A DNA stretch of 63,982 nucleotides, filler included, from an uncultured Clostridia bacterium (GCA_964482715.1; 4 parts of 4 records of this genome joined end to end with filler, not necessarily neighbours in it); one strand, 5' to 3'. Positions 30,642 through 40,898 are shown, counted from the first letter of the whole stretch. Numbers and translations: made by a program. Notes: a model not told the origin generated them from the letters alone.

Positions 30642-31609
30642 TAAATTATCCCTCTTTCTTTAAACCAACTTATGGTTTTTTTTATACCTTCCTCTGGAGT
30701 ATAAGGTGGAGAATAACCAAGCTCTTTCCTTACTCTGGTAATATCACAGGCCCAGTTTGACCTCATCTGATTTATTATCTTTCTAATCCCATGTGGTCCA
30801 ATTTTAGAAAAAATATCGGCTAAGAATTCAGGAATGCCAATGAAAGGAAAACTAACTCCTTGAGCTCTGGCTATTATTTCAATCCATCTTTCTAAGGGAT
30901 AAGGATCATCGTCAGCAACAAAATAGATATTACCAGGGATTTTTTTTAAATTCTTGATCTTTTCCAGGACAAAAATCAGGTTTTCCACATAACACAGACT
31001 AACCAGATTTTTCCCTCCTCCCACTGGTTTTATTCTCCTTTTTACCATTTTAAAAAGTAAAAAGGCTCCCGAAAAAAAGTTATCTTCAGGCCCGTAAACA
31101 AGTGGTGCCCTAACTATGATTACTGGAAGACCGTATCTTCTTTTGAAGTCAAGAAGTATATTTTCAGCTTCCAGCTTACTCTTGCCATATCTTGTTACCG
31201 GGTCAGGAGGGGTGTTTTCATTAACCACCCCGCAGTTTCTCCCCACCACTGCAGCAATACTACTCAAAAATACAAATCGAGAATAAATTCGGGAAGATTG
31301 CATTACCGCCTGAGCCAAAAATCTTGTCCCTTCAGTATTCAACTCGTAGTAGGGGTTACCCTTTTTCTCTTTGCTGTGAACCTTCCCCGCCAGATGATAC
31401 ACCAGATCCACTTCAGGAAGAGATTCTAAACTCGTGCTATCTAAAATATCACCTTTTATAAGCTCAACATTATCATACTTTTTAAATTTTTCCCGGGCCT
31501 GAGCCGGGCGTCTAACAAGACAGAAAATCTGAGCATCTCTTCCTTTAGCTAATTTTCTTACCAGGAATCTTCCAATGAACCCTGTTCCCCCTGTTATAAG
31601 AATCCTCAT
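30641..31609 (-). CDS. NAD-dependent epimerase/dehydratase (extended SDR)
   Basis: TGGTGFIG, HLAG, SS, YGKSK, VYGP. Confidence 0.9.
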   Translation of the reverse strand: MRILITGGTGFIGRFLVRKLAKGRDAQIFCLVRRPAQAREKFKKYDNVELIKGDILDSTSLESLPEVDLVYHLAGKVHSKEKKGNPYYELNTEGTRFLAQAVMQSSRIYSRFVFLSSIAAVVGRNCGVVNENTPPDPVTRYGKSKLEAENILLDFKRRYGLPVIIVRAPLVYGPEDNFFSGAFLLFKMVKRRIKPVGGGKNLVSLCYVENLIFVLEKIKNLKKIPGNIYFVADDDPYPLERWIEIIARAQGVSFPFIGIPEFLADIFSKIGPHGIRKIINQMRSNWACDITRVRKELGYSPPYTPEEGIKKTISWFKERGII

Positions 31610-31638
31610 AAAAAATCCTTGATTTAAACATCCACTAT

Positions 31639-32892
31639 TTAATCATGGATAGATCCCATATTTTTTAAGATTAAAACACCATTTTTACCCCCAAAACCAA
31701 AGCTGTTAGCCATAAAATAGTCAACCCTGGCTCTTCTTGGTCTATTGGGAACATAGTCAAGGTCACAATCAGGATCCCTGAACTCGTAATTGATGGTAGG
31801 AGGAACAAATCCCTCAGAAAGACACACAAGACTTGCACAAAGCTCCACAGCTCCACCTGCTCCCATGAGATGCCCGAGCATTGATTTCAGGGCACTTATC
31901 TTTAACCTGTAGGCACACTCTCCAAAAAATTCCTTGATAGCCCTGGTCTCCAGCATATCACCCAGTTTTGTCCCTGTTCCATGAGCCTGGATGTAATCAA
32001 TCTTTTCCGGGCTAACCTCGCTGTTTAAAAAAGCTTTTTCTATAGCCTGATATATTCCTCTGGCTTCTGGATGAGGTGCCTTTACCCTGTAGGCATCGCA
32101 GGTAAATCCATAACCAAGTATCTCAGCATAAATTCTGGCATCTCTTGCTCTGGCCTGGTTAAAATCTTCCAGAATCAATACTCCCGCTCCCTCGCCTAAT
32201 ATGGTTCCATCCCTTCTGAGATCAAAGGGGCGAGGCGTTTTACCCGCATTTTTTTGCTCGGACAATATTCCAGAAAGATGAAGGGAGCTGAAAAACATGG
32301 GAAAAAGGGGAGCTTCTGATCCCCCGGCAATCACAAGATCCACCTTGCCCGTTTTTATAAGTTCAAATCCGTAAGCGATGGCATCAAAGGAAGAAGTACA
32401 GGCTGAGGAAAAAGTCTTGCTTGGACCCTGTGCCTTCCAGGAAATAGCCACATTACTGGAAATAGCGTTGGGGTAGGTTATGGAGGAGGTATAAGGACTA
32501 ATTTTCAGAGGCCCCTTTTTTAGAAAATCAATATGCTGCTGGAAGGAAAAACCCACTCCCCCCATGGTGGTTCCAAAAGAAGTAGCGGTTTTTTCAGGAA
32601 CAATATTATCTCTTGATATTCCCGCATCTTTCATAGCCATCTGGGTAGCAACAAGGGCAAACTGGCTGCATCTTTCAGTCCTCTGGACTTCCTTTTCAGA
32701 AAGGTAATTCAATGGATCAAAGTCGCTCACCTCACCTGCCAGTTTGCAGGCATAGGGGGAACTATCAAAGAGAGTGACGGATCTAATTCCTGATCTTCCG
32801 GCTAAAAGGTTTCTTTTAAACTCCTCCTTTTCTTTACCAAGTGGACAAAGAACTCCGATCCCAGTAATTACCACTCTTCTTCTGGGATTCAT
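31639..32892 (-). CDS. Beta-ketoacyl-ACP synthase (FabF/KAS II-like ketosynthase)
   Basis: RRVVITGIG; Cys-His-His triad SACTSS/HGTGT/LGHLMGA; NSFGFGG. Confidence 0.92.
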   Translation of the reverse strand: MNPRRRVVITGIGVLCPLGKEKEEFKRNLLAGRSGIRSVTLFDSSPYACKLAGEVSDFDPLNYLSEKEVQRTERCSQFALVATQMAMKDAGISRDNIVPEKTATSFGTTMGGVGFSFQQHIDFLKKGPLKISPYTSSITYPNAISSNVAISWKAQGPSKTFSSACTSSFDAIAYGFELIKTGKVDLVIAGGSEAPLFPMFFSSLHLSGILSEQKNAGKTPRPFDLRRDGTILGEGAGVLILEDFNQARARDARIYAEILGYGFTCDAYRVKAPHPEARGIYQAIEKAFLNSEVSPEKIDYIQAHGTGTKLGDMLETRAIKEFFGECAYRLKISALKSMLGHLMGAGGAVELCASLVCLSEGFVPPTINYEFRDPDCDLDYVPNRPRRARVDYFMANSFGFGGKNGVLILKNMGSIHD

Positions 32893-32899
32893 AATTAAA

Positions 32900-33283
32900 T
32901 TACCACTTTTTCTTTATCTCTTCTAAGACTCTCTGAACAATCATCTCGGCAATCTCTTCGGCAACCTTTGAATTCATCAATTTTCTGGCAAAGGAATTCT
33001 GGGTTTCTAATTGTTCTTCCCTTTTACCGGACCTGGTTAGAGAAATAAGATGCTGTAAAAGTTCATTTTGCTGTCGCTGAATTAAGGCTTCGGCACTTGT
33101 CTGCCTTTCCTCCCTGACCTTCAAGGAAGTCTCCTTTAAACTATCAATACTTTCTGCCAGGTATTTTTTAATTTCTTCCAGATTCTTTCTTAGAAACCTG
33201 CGGTTTGCCAGAGCTAAAACTATTGCCAGAACCGCAACAACTAAAACTATAACCATCAGCGTTAGTTGCCATTCTGGTGACAC
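32900..33283 (-). CDS. Hypothetical protein, single N-terminal TM plus coiled coil
   Basis: Hydrophobic LTLMVIVLVVAVLAIVLAL then a helical charged region; GTG 33283 follows GGAGGA (ATG 33313 lies too close to the -10 box). Confidence 0.6.
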   Translation of the reverse strand: MSPEWQLTLMVIVLVVAVLAIVLALANRRFLRKNLEEIKKYLAESIDSLKETSLKVREERQTSAEALIQRQQNELLQHLISLTRSGKREEQLETQNSFARKLMNSKVAEEIAEMIVQRVLEEIKKKW

Positions 33284-33316
33284 TTTCCAAGCTTCCTCCT
33301 GGAAAAATACCATACA

Positions 33317-33375
33317 ATTATACCTTCCCCTTTCAAACTGTCAAATTGACTTCACACTAACCTGTGGTATATATT
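33317..33375. promoter_or_regulatory. Back-to-back divergent sigma70 promoters
   Basis: Minus: TTGACA(33344-33339)-16-TATAAT; plus: TTGACT(33346-33351)-18-TATATT; the -35 boxes are 1 bp apart. Confidence 0.65.
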
Positions 33376-33383
33376 AAAGAACA

Positions 33384-34850
33384 ATGAAGGTAAGGCTAAT
33401 TTCACCAGCAAGAAAGCCTGAATGGAGGGAAAGCTTCTGGGATTTGAAAACCCTCTGTAAACTTGCGGGACGCAAAGCCGGGGGTGCCCCCTTAGCTCTG
33501 CCCACGTTAGCCGCTCTTACCCCACCTGATGTAGAGGTGATCTTAACCGACGAAAATGTGGAGATTGTTAATTTTGATGAAGAAGTTGATCTTGTAGGAA
33601 TTACAGGATTAACTTCGGTTATTCCCCGAGCTTATGAAATTGCCGATGAATACAGAAAAAGGGGTATTCCAGTGGTGATGGGAGGAATTCACGTTTCCGT
33701 CTTTCCTCAGGAAGCTATCAAGCACTGCGATTCAGTGGTAATAGGTGAGGCTGAGCAGGTTTGGGAAAGAGTAATAAGAGATGCAAAAAAAGGAGAACTT
33801 CAAAAATTTTACCATGCTCCAGGATTTCCAGATTTAACCTACTCTCCTGTTCCAAGGTGGGATCTTCTTAAAAACGAAAGCTACTCATACTTTACCATCC
33901 AGACCGGGAGAGGCTGTCCCTATGACTGTGATTTCTGTGCTGTTAGAGTCTTTAACGGTAGAAAATACCGGCACAAAAAGATCCAGCAGGTCGTTGAGGA
34001 GATAAAATTTCTTCAATCAATAGACGATAAAAAGTCAATATTCTTTGTTGATGATAATTTACTTGCAGTCCCGGACTATGCGGAAAAACTTCTCAGAGCA
34101 ATAATACCTCTCGAGATTAAGAGCTGGTGGTGTCAGGCATCAATGAACAGATTAAAAGATGAGCGAATACTGGATTTAATGTATAATGCAGGTTGCCGGG
34201 TTATCTTTGTGGGATTTGAATCTGTATCCGCAAAATCACTTGAGATGATGAATAAAAACAGGATTAACAAAATAGATGAGTATAAAAAGGTAGTAGATAT
34301 GGTTCACTCTCACAAAATTGCCGTATTTGGTTCCTTTATTATAAATGGTGATAGCGACGATGAAAGAGTTTTTGAAGGTACGGTAAGATTTATTGAAGAA
34401 GCAGATATTGCCTTTTCCATGATTAATATTCTTACACCAATTCCGGGAAGCAATCTATACCGCAGACTCAAAGAAGAAGGTAGAATTACAGATACCGGGT
34501 GGGAAAATTACGATGCCGGCTCAGTTTGTTTTAAACCTAAAAACTTTGAACCGAAAGAACTTTATCAAAAATACAAAGAGATGTATCAAAAAATCTACAA
34601 TTATGAGTCAATCTACAGAAGACTTAAAAGGCTCTGGGAAAAGAAAGTTCTGGTAAAGTCTCGGAATAACTTCTTCGGTAGGTTCAGCAAGGGTAGAATT
34701 CTTTTCTCACTTCACACTCTTTTTTACATTAAAGAAAGAGAAAGAAAATCATTTATTCTGAAGAGTCTCTGGGATCCCAATGTCCCTTCGGTCACTAACT
34801 GTATCCTCCTTGCCCTATCTTTCCATGATTTCGCCTATAGAAGTCTTTAA
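33384..34850 (+). CDS. Cobalamin-binding radical SAM protein
   Basis: N-terminal B12-binding domain (PLAL.TLAALTP, DLVGIT, VVMGGIH, GEAE); CPYDCDFC motif; FVDDN. Confidence 0.9.
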   Translation: MKVRLISPARKPEWRESFWDLKTLCKLAGRKAGGAPLALPTLAALTPPDVEVILTDENVEIVNFDEEVDLVGITGLTSVIPRAYEIADEYRKRGIPVVMGGIHVSVFPQEAIKHCDSVVIGEAEQVWERVIRDAKKGELQKFYHAPGFPDLTYSPVPRWDLLKNESYSYFTIQTGRGCPYDCDFCAVRVFNGRKYRHKKIQQVVEEIKFLQSIDDKKSIFFVDDNLLAVPDYAEKLLRAIIPLEIKSWWCQASMNRLKDERILDLMYNAGCRVIFVGFESVSAKSLEMMNKNRINKIDEYKKVVDMVHSHKIAVFGSFIINGDSDDERVFEGTVRFIEEADIAFSMINILTPIPGSNLYRRLKEEGRITDTGWENYDAGSVCFKPKNFEPKELYQKYKEMYQKIYNYESIYRRLKRLWEKKVLVKSRNNFFGRFSKGRILFSLHTLFYIKERERKSFILKSLWDPNVPSVTNCILLALSFHDFAYRSL

Positions 34851-35259
34851 TTTTTCTGAATGGCTATTTTGTGGGTTTTTATTATTCTGTCTTTTTCATT
34901 TGTGGCTCTAATAAGTAAGATATACACTCCTGAGGCAACCTTCTCACCTTTTTCATTGCAACCATCCCACATTATATCATAGGAGCCTGCTTGAAATAAT
35001 TTACGGTAAGCCAGAGTTTTAACCAGCTCGCCACTTAAAGTGTATATCTTTATGCTGAGTAGAGCTTTAGTCTCCAGATTAAAATGAATATTTATTTTTC
35101 CTGTAGCAGGATTGGGATAGGTGTAAAGACCGGTCAGGGAGAGAGGTTTATCTGGAGAAAGAGGCTCAGAGATAGCCAGAATCTTAAACCTCTCTTTCTC
35201 ACCTTGCATGGCATATGAGTAAGAGGAAACCTCTCTCATATTGGCAAGGATATTTTCAT
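34847..35259 (-). CDS. C-terminal fragment of a secreted protein with a FlgD-Ig/T9SS-CTD-like domain (truncated by contig end)
   Basis: YTYPNP...IKIYTLSGELVKTL...WDG.NE.GE.VASGVYIL. Confidence 0.75.
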
Positions 35260-35359
35260 NNNNNNNNNNNNNNNNNNNNNNNNNNNNNNNNNNNNNNNNN
35301 NNNTTAATTAATTAANNNNNNNNNNNNNNNNNNNNNNNNNNNNNNNNNNNNNNNNNNNN
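35260..35359. other. Artificial contig linker
   Basis: N44-TTAATTAATTAA-N44. Confidence 0.97.
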
Positions 35360-35805
35360 TTCACCACCAGATAAAAAGAGGAACCAAAGGGAACTTCCAG
35401 CTTCAAACCAGGATTAGAGGCTATATTTGGTGCACCATCAATAGCACCATCTAGACCATAGGCATAGATATCAAATATCCCGTTGTCAATTCCTGTAGGA
35501 TCAAGAGTCAGAGTGAAAGCTTCTCCACTGTAAGTGATGTAGGCATCACATTCGGCAAGTGCTTCTCCACCAATATCAAACTCAGGAGATACAACCGCTG
35601 TCCAGGGACCCGAGGTAAGGGTAACATTGTAGTCTATCAGCACATCTCCTGCACCAAAAAGCCCACTTGCCTCTCCTTCTGCACTTGTTCCTTTCAATGT
35701 GAATTCAATGGCACCACTGGTGCTTATCTCTGGCTGTGCCATAGCTCCAGCGGTTAAACCCAAAGTAAGGCAAGTAATAACCGTCGCTACCAATACTTTC
35801 CTCAT
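35360..35805 (-). CDS. Secreted, beta-rich (possibly porin-like) protein; 3' end truncated by contig end
   Basis: SD GGAGGAGG; Sec signal MRKVLVATVITCLTLGLTAGAMA; alternating beta-strand pattern. Confidence 0.6.
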
Positions 35806-36076
35806 CCTTCCTCCTCCTTTCCAAAATTATTTATTTGAACTCTCTCCCCATTACTCTTCTGTTACACTTTTTTCCGCCACCTCTGATTGGCTTCAGGGAT
35901 TTAAAACCCTTTACTTCCCCTTTTTTTACCACCTCCTTTCATTACAAAAGCTCACCAATTGGTAAAAATATACCCTGCTTTTCTGTTTTTGTCAACTACT
36001 CCTACCCTGCCATCTTGGTTATATTACCAGCCCTTCAGAAATAGTCAATAATAACATATTCCAATTCTTAAATTTG

Positions 36077-36565
36077 TCAACCAATCTCTACTATATCAAC
36101 CTGCATGTTTATTAAATCAACGAGTCCCACACTGGATTTACCCGTGAGCCAGCCTCCGCATTCCCCGGGATTTACCAGTAAGGTATTTTTTTCTTTTCTG
36201 ATTTCCTCTTTATGAGTGTGTCCATAAACTATGAGGTCAAAATCTGAAATCTTTGTGCATTTAAGTTTTGCCGGATCGTGAAGAAGAAGTATATTTTTCC
36301 CCTTGAAATTAAAGGAAAAAGGGGGAGGGTGAATTTCCCCTCCAAAAGTGTTAATTTTAGCTTTCAAACCTTCTTTCTCTCCATCATTATTTCCAAAAAC
36401 CCCGATAAAGGGAGCTTTAAGATTCTTTAATTTTTCACCAGCAAAGGGAGCAATAAAATCTCCTGCATGTAATACGAGTTCCACTTTTTGCTGGTTAAAG
36501 AAGTTAATGGCCTCCTCAATCTTTGGGAGATTGTCATGTGAATCAGCCATTATCCCTATAAGCAT
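36077..36565 (-). CDS. YfcE/MJ0936-family metallophosphoesterase
   Basis: DSH, HAGD, GNND, YGHTH, NPG motifs. Confidence 0.92.
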   Translation of the reverse strand: MLIGIMADSHDNLPKIEEAINFFNQQKVELVLHAGDFIAPFAGEKLKNLKAPFIGVFGNNDGEKEGLKAKINTFGGEIHPPPFSFNFKGKNILLLHDPAKLKCTKISDFDLIVYGHTHKEEIRKEKNTLLVNPGECGGWLTGKSSVGLVDLINMQVDIVEIG

Positions 36566-37780
36566 TTATATTTCCTCCTGCTTTATTCGCAAAAATCTTC
36601 TCTTTCCTACCTGAAGAATATGTTCCTTATTAACAGAAAGCATGGCATCTACACTTTTTATTTTCTCCCCATCCCATCTTACTCCTCCTTGCTGAATTAA
36701 TCTTCTCGCCTCAGAGCCGCTTTTAGCTAATCCCGTTAACTTCAAAAGTTCCACCACCCACATTTTACCATCAGCTATTTTTTCTGGATTTATCTGGTAA
36801 GAAGGTATTTCCGAAGGAATCTCCTTTCTGGAAAAAACCGTTTCAAATGTCTCGGCCTCTTTTTTAGCTTCCTCCTCTCCATGGTAAAACTTAACCAGCT
36901 CAAAAGCAAGTCTTGCCTTAGCTTCTTTGGGATGCAGTTTTCCCTTTCTAAATTGATTTTCCAGCGTGTTTATTTTAGTTTCCGGGAAAGTGGTAAGAAG
37001 GCGAAAATACCGAAAAATGAGTTCATCAGGGATAGACATTATTTTCCCGTACATTTCTCTTGCTGGTTCGGTGATGCCTATGTAATTTCCAAGAGATTTG
37101 CTCATTTTTTCTTTTCCATCAAGCCCTTCCAGAATGGGCATAGTGATGATTACCTGGGGTGATTGCCTGTAGGATTTTTGAATATGTCTTCCAAGAAGTA
37201 AGTTAAATTTCTGGTCAGTTCCTCCTATTTCCACATCAGCTTTAAGAGCCACAGAATCATATGCTTGCATTAAAGGATATAAAAATTCATGAAGTCCAAT
37301 GGGCAGGTTTTGTTTGTACCTGAGATAAAAATCATCTCGTTCCAGCATTCTGGCCACGGTATAACGTGAAGCCAGTTTTAACACTCTGGAAAAATTCATC
37401 TTGCTCAGCCACTCGGAATTATACATAATTTCAGTTTTACGAGGATCAAGTATCTTAAAGGCCTGTTCTTTATAGGTTCTGGCATTTATTCTTATTTTTT
37501 CCGCTGAAAGAGATGGCCTTGTTTTGATTCTACCACTTGGGTCTCCTATACGGGCAGTAAAATCTCCAATAAGTAGAATAACCTTATGCCCCAGATCCTG
37601 GAAAGTGCGGAGCTTCAGGAGAATCACAGAGTGACCAAGATGAATATCTGGAGTGGTTGGGTCAACTCCAAATTTTACTTTCAATGAGCCTTTTTGCTTT
37701 ATCTTTCTTGCAAGCTCGTGTTTATGAATTATCTCCACTGTATTCCTTTCTATAAGAGAAATCTGCCTTTGTACATCCAT
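36566..37780 (-). CDS. tyrS: Tyrosine--tRNA ligase
   Basis: GVDPT..HLGH, YPLMQAYD, GGTDQ, KMSKS, C-terminal S4 domain. Confidence 0.97.
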   Translation of the reverse strand: MDVQRQISLIERNTVEIIHKHELARKIKQKGSLKVKFGVDPTTPDIHLGHSVILLKLRTFQDLGHKVILLIGDFTARIGDPSGRIKTRPSLSAEKIRINARTYKEQAFKILDPRKTEIMYNSEWLSKMNFSRVLKLASRYTVARMLERDDFYLRYKQNLPIGLHEFLYPLMQAYDSVALKADVEIGGTDQKFNLLLGRHIQKSYRQSPQVIITMPILEGLDGKEKMSKSLGNYIGITEPAREMYGKIMSIPDELIFRYFRLLTTFPETKINTLENQFRKGKLHPKEAKARLAFELVKFYHGEEEAKKEAETFETVFSRKEIPSEIPSYQINPEKIADGKMWVVELLKLTGLAKSGSEARRLIQQGGVRWDGEKIKSVDAMLSVNKEHILQVGKRRFLRIKQEEI

Positions 37781-37784
37781 TTAA

Positions 37785-38741
37785 TCACCTTTTTAGGATC
37801 TTTTGAGTTTGAGGAATTTCTTTCAATAGAATCTCAATTATCTTATCTGCACATTTTTCAGAAGAGGGAAAATCCTCTCTCTGAAGCCAGATTATTCTCC
37901 TTTCTTTCTTGAACCAGGTGAGCTGACGTTTGGAAAATCTTCGAGTATCTCTCTTTATCAGTTGTATGGCCTCATCCAGCGAAATTTCACCTTTAAGGTA
38001 ACGCAAAATCTGACGATATCCCAGACCTTGCATGGAGGGAAGGCTATCATCACAGCCTCGCTCTGTCAGGGCTTTCACCTCCTCAACCAGGCCCTTTTCT
38101 ATCATTCTGTCCACTCTTTCCTCGATAATCCGGTACAGGGTGGGCCTTTTCCATTTCAGTCCCACCATTACCATTTTACCTTTGTATCCAAAAGTTTTAT
38201 CTCGCTGATGCCAGGAGATAGGAACTCTCGTAAGTTTGTAGACCTCCAGTGCTCTTATTATTCTTCTCTCATCGTGGGGATGAATACGAGAAGCTGCCTC
38301 CGGGTCAACTTGCCTTAATTCTCTGTAAAGGACATCAATTCCCTCAATTTTTGCTTGCTGTAAAAGCTCCTGACGTAATTTCCAGTTGGCTGAAGGTCCA
38401 GGGAAGATTCCATCAACTATGGCCTTAATGTAAAGACCCGTACCTCCAACCACAACTGGAAGCAGGTTTTCTCTCTGTAAATCTCTTATTATCTTTTCTG
38501 CCTTTTTTTTAAAATCAAAGACGGTGAAGACTTGCTCTGGATCTGCCACATCGATAAGATGATGGGGGACTTCCTTCCTTATCTCGGCAGATACTTTGTC
38601 CGTGCCAATATCCATTCCCCTGTAAATCTGACGTGAGTCAGCGGAAATGATCTCACCTTTTATGCTGTTTACCAGTTTAAGAGCAACTTCTGTTTTTCCT
38701 GATCCCGTAGGACCAACAATGATTAAGAGGGCATCTAACAC
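37785..38741 (-). CDS. miaA: tRNA dimethylallyltransferase
   Basis: GPTGSGKT, SADSRQIYRGMDIGT, GGTGLY, KRQLTWF. Confidence 0.96.
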   Translation of the reverse strand: MLDALLIIVGPTGSGKTEVALKLVNSIKGEIISADSRQIYRGMDIGTDKVSAEIRKEVPHHLIDVADPEQVFTVFDFKKKAEKIIRDLQRENLLPVVVGGTGLYIKAIVDGIFPGPSANWKLRQELLQQAKIEGIDVLYRELRQVDPEAASRIHPHDERRIIRALEVYKLTRVPISWHQRDKTFGYKGKMVMVGLKWKRPTLYRIIEERVDRMIEKGLVEEVKALTERGCDDSLPSMQGLGYRQILRYLKGEISLDEAIQLIKRDTRRFSKRQLTWFKKERRIIWLQREDFPSSEKCADKIIEILLKEIPQTQKILKR

Positions 38742-40048
38742 TTGATGATCTCACCCCTCAGAGCCCAGCAACCGGTTTTTTTAATTCTAACCCGAACGAA
38801 CTCCCCGATTAAATTTTTTTCAGCAGGAAATACCACTATTTTATTTTCTCGTGTTCTTCCCTGCAATTCATCAGGATTTTTCTCTGATGGTCCTTCAACT
38901 AAAACCTCAACCTCCTTTCCCATCCAGTAAAGATTTCTTTCTTCAGTGATTTTAAGCTGAAGTTCTATTAAGCGGCGAAGTCTTTTTTTCTTTATCACTT
39001 CGGGAATCTGACCATCTAACTTGGCTGCACGGGTGCCCGGCAGAGGAGAAAAGGCAAAGGTAAAAGCACCGTCAAATCTAACAAGCTCAAGCATCTTGAG
39101 AGTTTGCTCAAAATCTTCCTCTGTTTCTCCAGGGAATCCAACTATGATGTCGGTGGTCAAGCTTATTTCTGGAACTACTTCCCTCACCTTCGAAACAAGT
39201 TCCAGGTACTTTTCTCTGGTATATCCTCTTCTCATTCTTTCCAGCACTTTATTAGAACCGGCCTGCAAAGGAAGGTGTAAATGCTCACACACTTTATCCA
39301 ATCTGGACATAGCCAAAATTAATTTTTCACTCAGATCCTTGGGGTGAGAAGTAGTAAATCTTATACGTTTAACCTCCTTTATTTCATTTATCTTTTCAAG
39401 AAGGTCAGCAAAATCAAAAGACAGGGGTAAGTCCTTTCCGTAAGAATTTACGTTCTGTCCTAACAGAATAACCTCCTTATAGCCCTGTTCTACAGCCTGT
39501 TTTATTTCTTGCAAAATAGAATTAACCGGCCTGCTCCTTTCTCTCCCTCTCACATAGGGAACCATGCAATAGGAGCAAAAATTATTACAACCTCTCATTA
39601 CCGGGATGTATGCACTAACTTTACTTTTCCTCACTACAGGAAGTCCTTCAGGAATCTGGCCATCTGGTTCTACTTTAACTAAAGGTATTTTTTTTCGCTC
39701 AAAATCAGCGAGAAATTCGGGTAGATTGTGCAGATTAAAAGCCCCCCAGACTATGTCTACATGAGGAGCTTTTTCTCTTATTCTCCCACCCTCTTTCTGC
39801 GCTAAACAGCCTCCAACGCCTATGATAAGCCGGGGGTTTTTTCTTTTGAATTTTTTGAGCTCCCCAAGAAAGGAGTAAACCTTGTTTTTTACTTTTTCCC
39901 TTACATAACAGGTATTAACTACAACAAAATCTGCTTCTCCCGGTTCGGAGGTTAAGGTGAATCCCTCTCTTTGAAGAAGCCCTGCTATAACCTCCGAATC
40001 ATATTCGTTCATCTGACAACCATAAGTTTTAATATATACTCTGGACAC
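38735..40048 (-). CDS. miaB: tRNA methylthiotransferase MiaB
   Basis: TYGCQMNEYDSE, NTC, CNNFCSYC, RFTTSHP, TRAM domain. Confidence 0.95.
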   Translation of the reverse strand: MSRVYIKTYGCQMNEYDSEVIAGLLQREGFTLTSEPGEADFVVVNTCYVREKVKNKVYSFLGELKKFKRKNPRLIIGVGGCLAQKEGGRIREKAPHVDIVWGAFNLHNLPEFLADFERKKIPLVKVEPDGQIPEGLPVVRKSKVSAYIPVMRGCNNFCSYCMVPYVRGRERSRPVNSILQEIKQAVEQGYKEVILLGQNVNSYGKDLPLSFDFADLLEKINEIKEVKRIRFTTSHPKDLSEKLILAMSRLDKVCEHLHLPLQAGSNKVLERMRRGYTREKYLELVSKVREVVPEISLTTDIIVGFPGETEEDFEQTLKMLELVRFDGAFTFAFSPLPGTRAAKLDGQIPEVIKKKRLRRLIELQLKITEERNLYWMGKEVEVLVEGPSEKNPDELQGRTRENKIVVFPAEKNLIGEFVRVRIKKTGCWALRGEIIKC

Positions 40049-40055
40049 TTCTAAC

Positions 40056-40898
40056 TCAGGTATCTCTTATTCTCTCCAATTTTTTTTCTTTAAACTTTTT
40101 TAATTCCCGGAGAACGGTTTCAGGAACATAAACTTTTCCAATTAAAACTTCATCTTTTGCCTCTCCATGACAATCAGAACCACCTGTTACTATAAGATCG
40201 TATTTGTGGGCAATTTCAATATAATGCCGGGTAATCTTTACATCATGAGTGCTGTGGTAAGCCTCAATGCCCTCAAGTCCTGCCTCTACCAGCCGTGGAA
40301 TAAGATCATCTCTCCTGGAAAGAAAAGGGTGAGCCAGAACAGGAATTCCTCCAGCTTCAAGAATTAAACCTATAACCTCAAAAGGTGAAATTTTAATTCT
40401 TTCTATATAAGCTGGTTTTCCCGGATTTAGCCACTCTTCAAAAGCTTCATCAATTGATCGCACATACCCTTTTTCTACCATACAACGAGCAATGTGCAGT
40501 CTGCTTACAACCCCCTTAGGAGCGAGCCTATCAAGCTCTCTTGGATCTATCCACATTCCCAGCTCTTTTAATCTTTTAAGTAATTTTTCATTTCTCTTTA
40601 TTCGAACTTCCTGCAAAAAATCAAGTTTATCCAGGAACTCTTTATGTTTCCAGTCCAGGTAATAACCCAAGATGTGAATCTCATCTTCCCCGACATCGGT
40701 GCTCATCTCCACTCCGGGGACAACCTCCAATTCCCATCTTTCTCCTGCTTTTAAAGCCTCCTCTATTCCTGCAACCGAGTCATGGTCAGTTATTGAGATA
40801 GCTATCAGACCTTTCTCCTTAGCCAGTTTTACCACTTCTTCAGGAGTAAAGGTTCCATCAGAATAAACAGTATGAATGTGAAGATCAACTCCAGCCAA
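40056..40898 (-). CDS. PHP-domain phosphoesterase (TrpH/YciV-like)
   Basis: DLHIHT..SDG, ITDHD, HILG, LAHP, GGSDCHG. Confidence 0.9.
   Translation of the reverse strand: MAGVDLHIHTVYSDGTFTPEEVVKLAKEKGLIAISITDHDSVAGIEEALKAGERWELEVVPGVEMSTDVGEDEIHILGYYLDWKHKEFLDKLDFLQEVRIKRNEKLLKRLKELGMWIDPRELDRLAPKGVVSRLHIARCMVEKGYVRSIDEAFEEWLNPGKPAYIERIKISPFEVIGLILEAGGIPVLAHPFLSRRDDLIPRLVEAGLEGIEAYHSTHDVKITRHYIEIAHKYDLIVTGGSDCHGEAKDEVLIGKVYVPETVLRELKKFKEKKLERIRDT

Noticed and set aside
35308-35359. C-terminal end of the 165-aa ORF in the track
   Set aside because: It runs through Ns and stops in the linker; the true end is unknown
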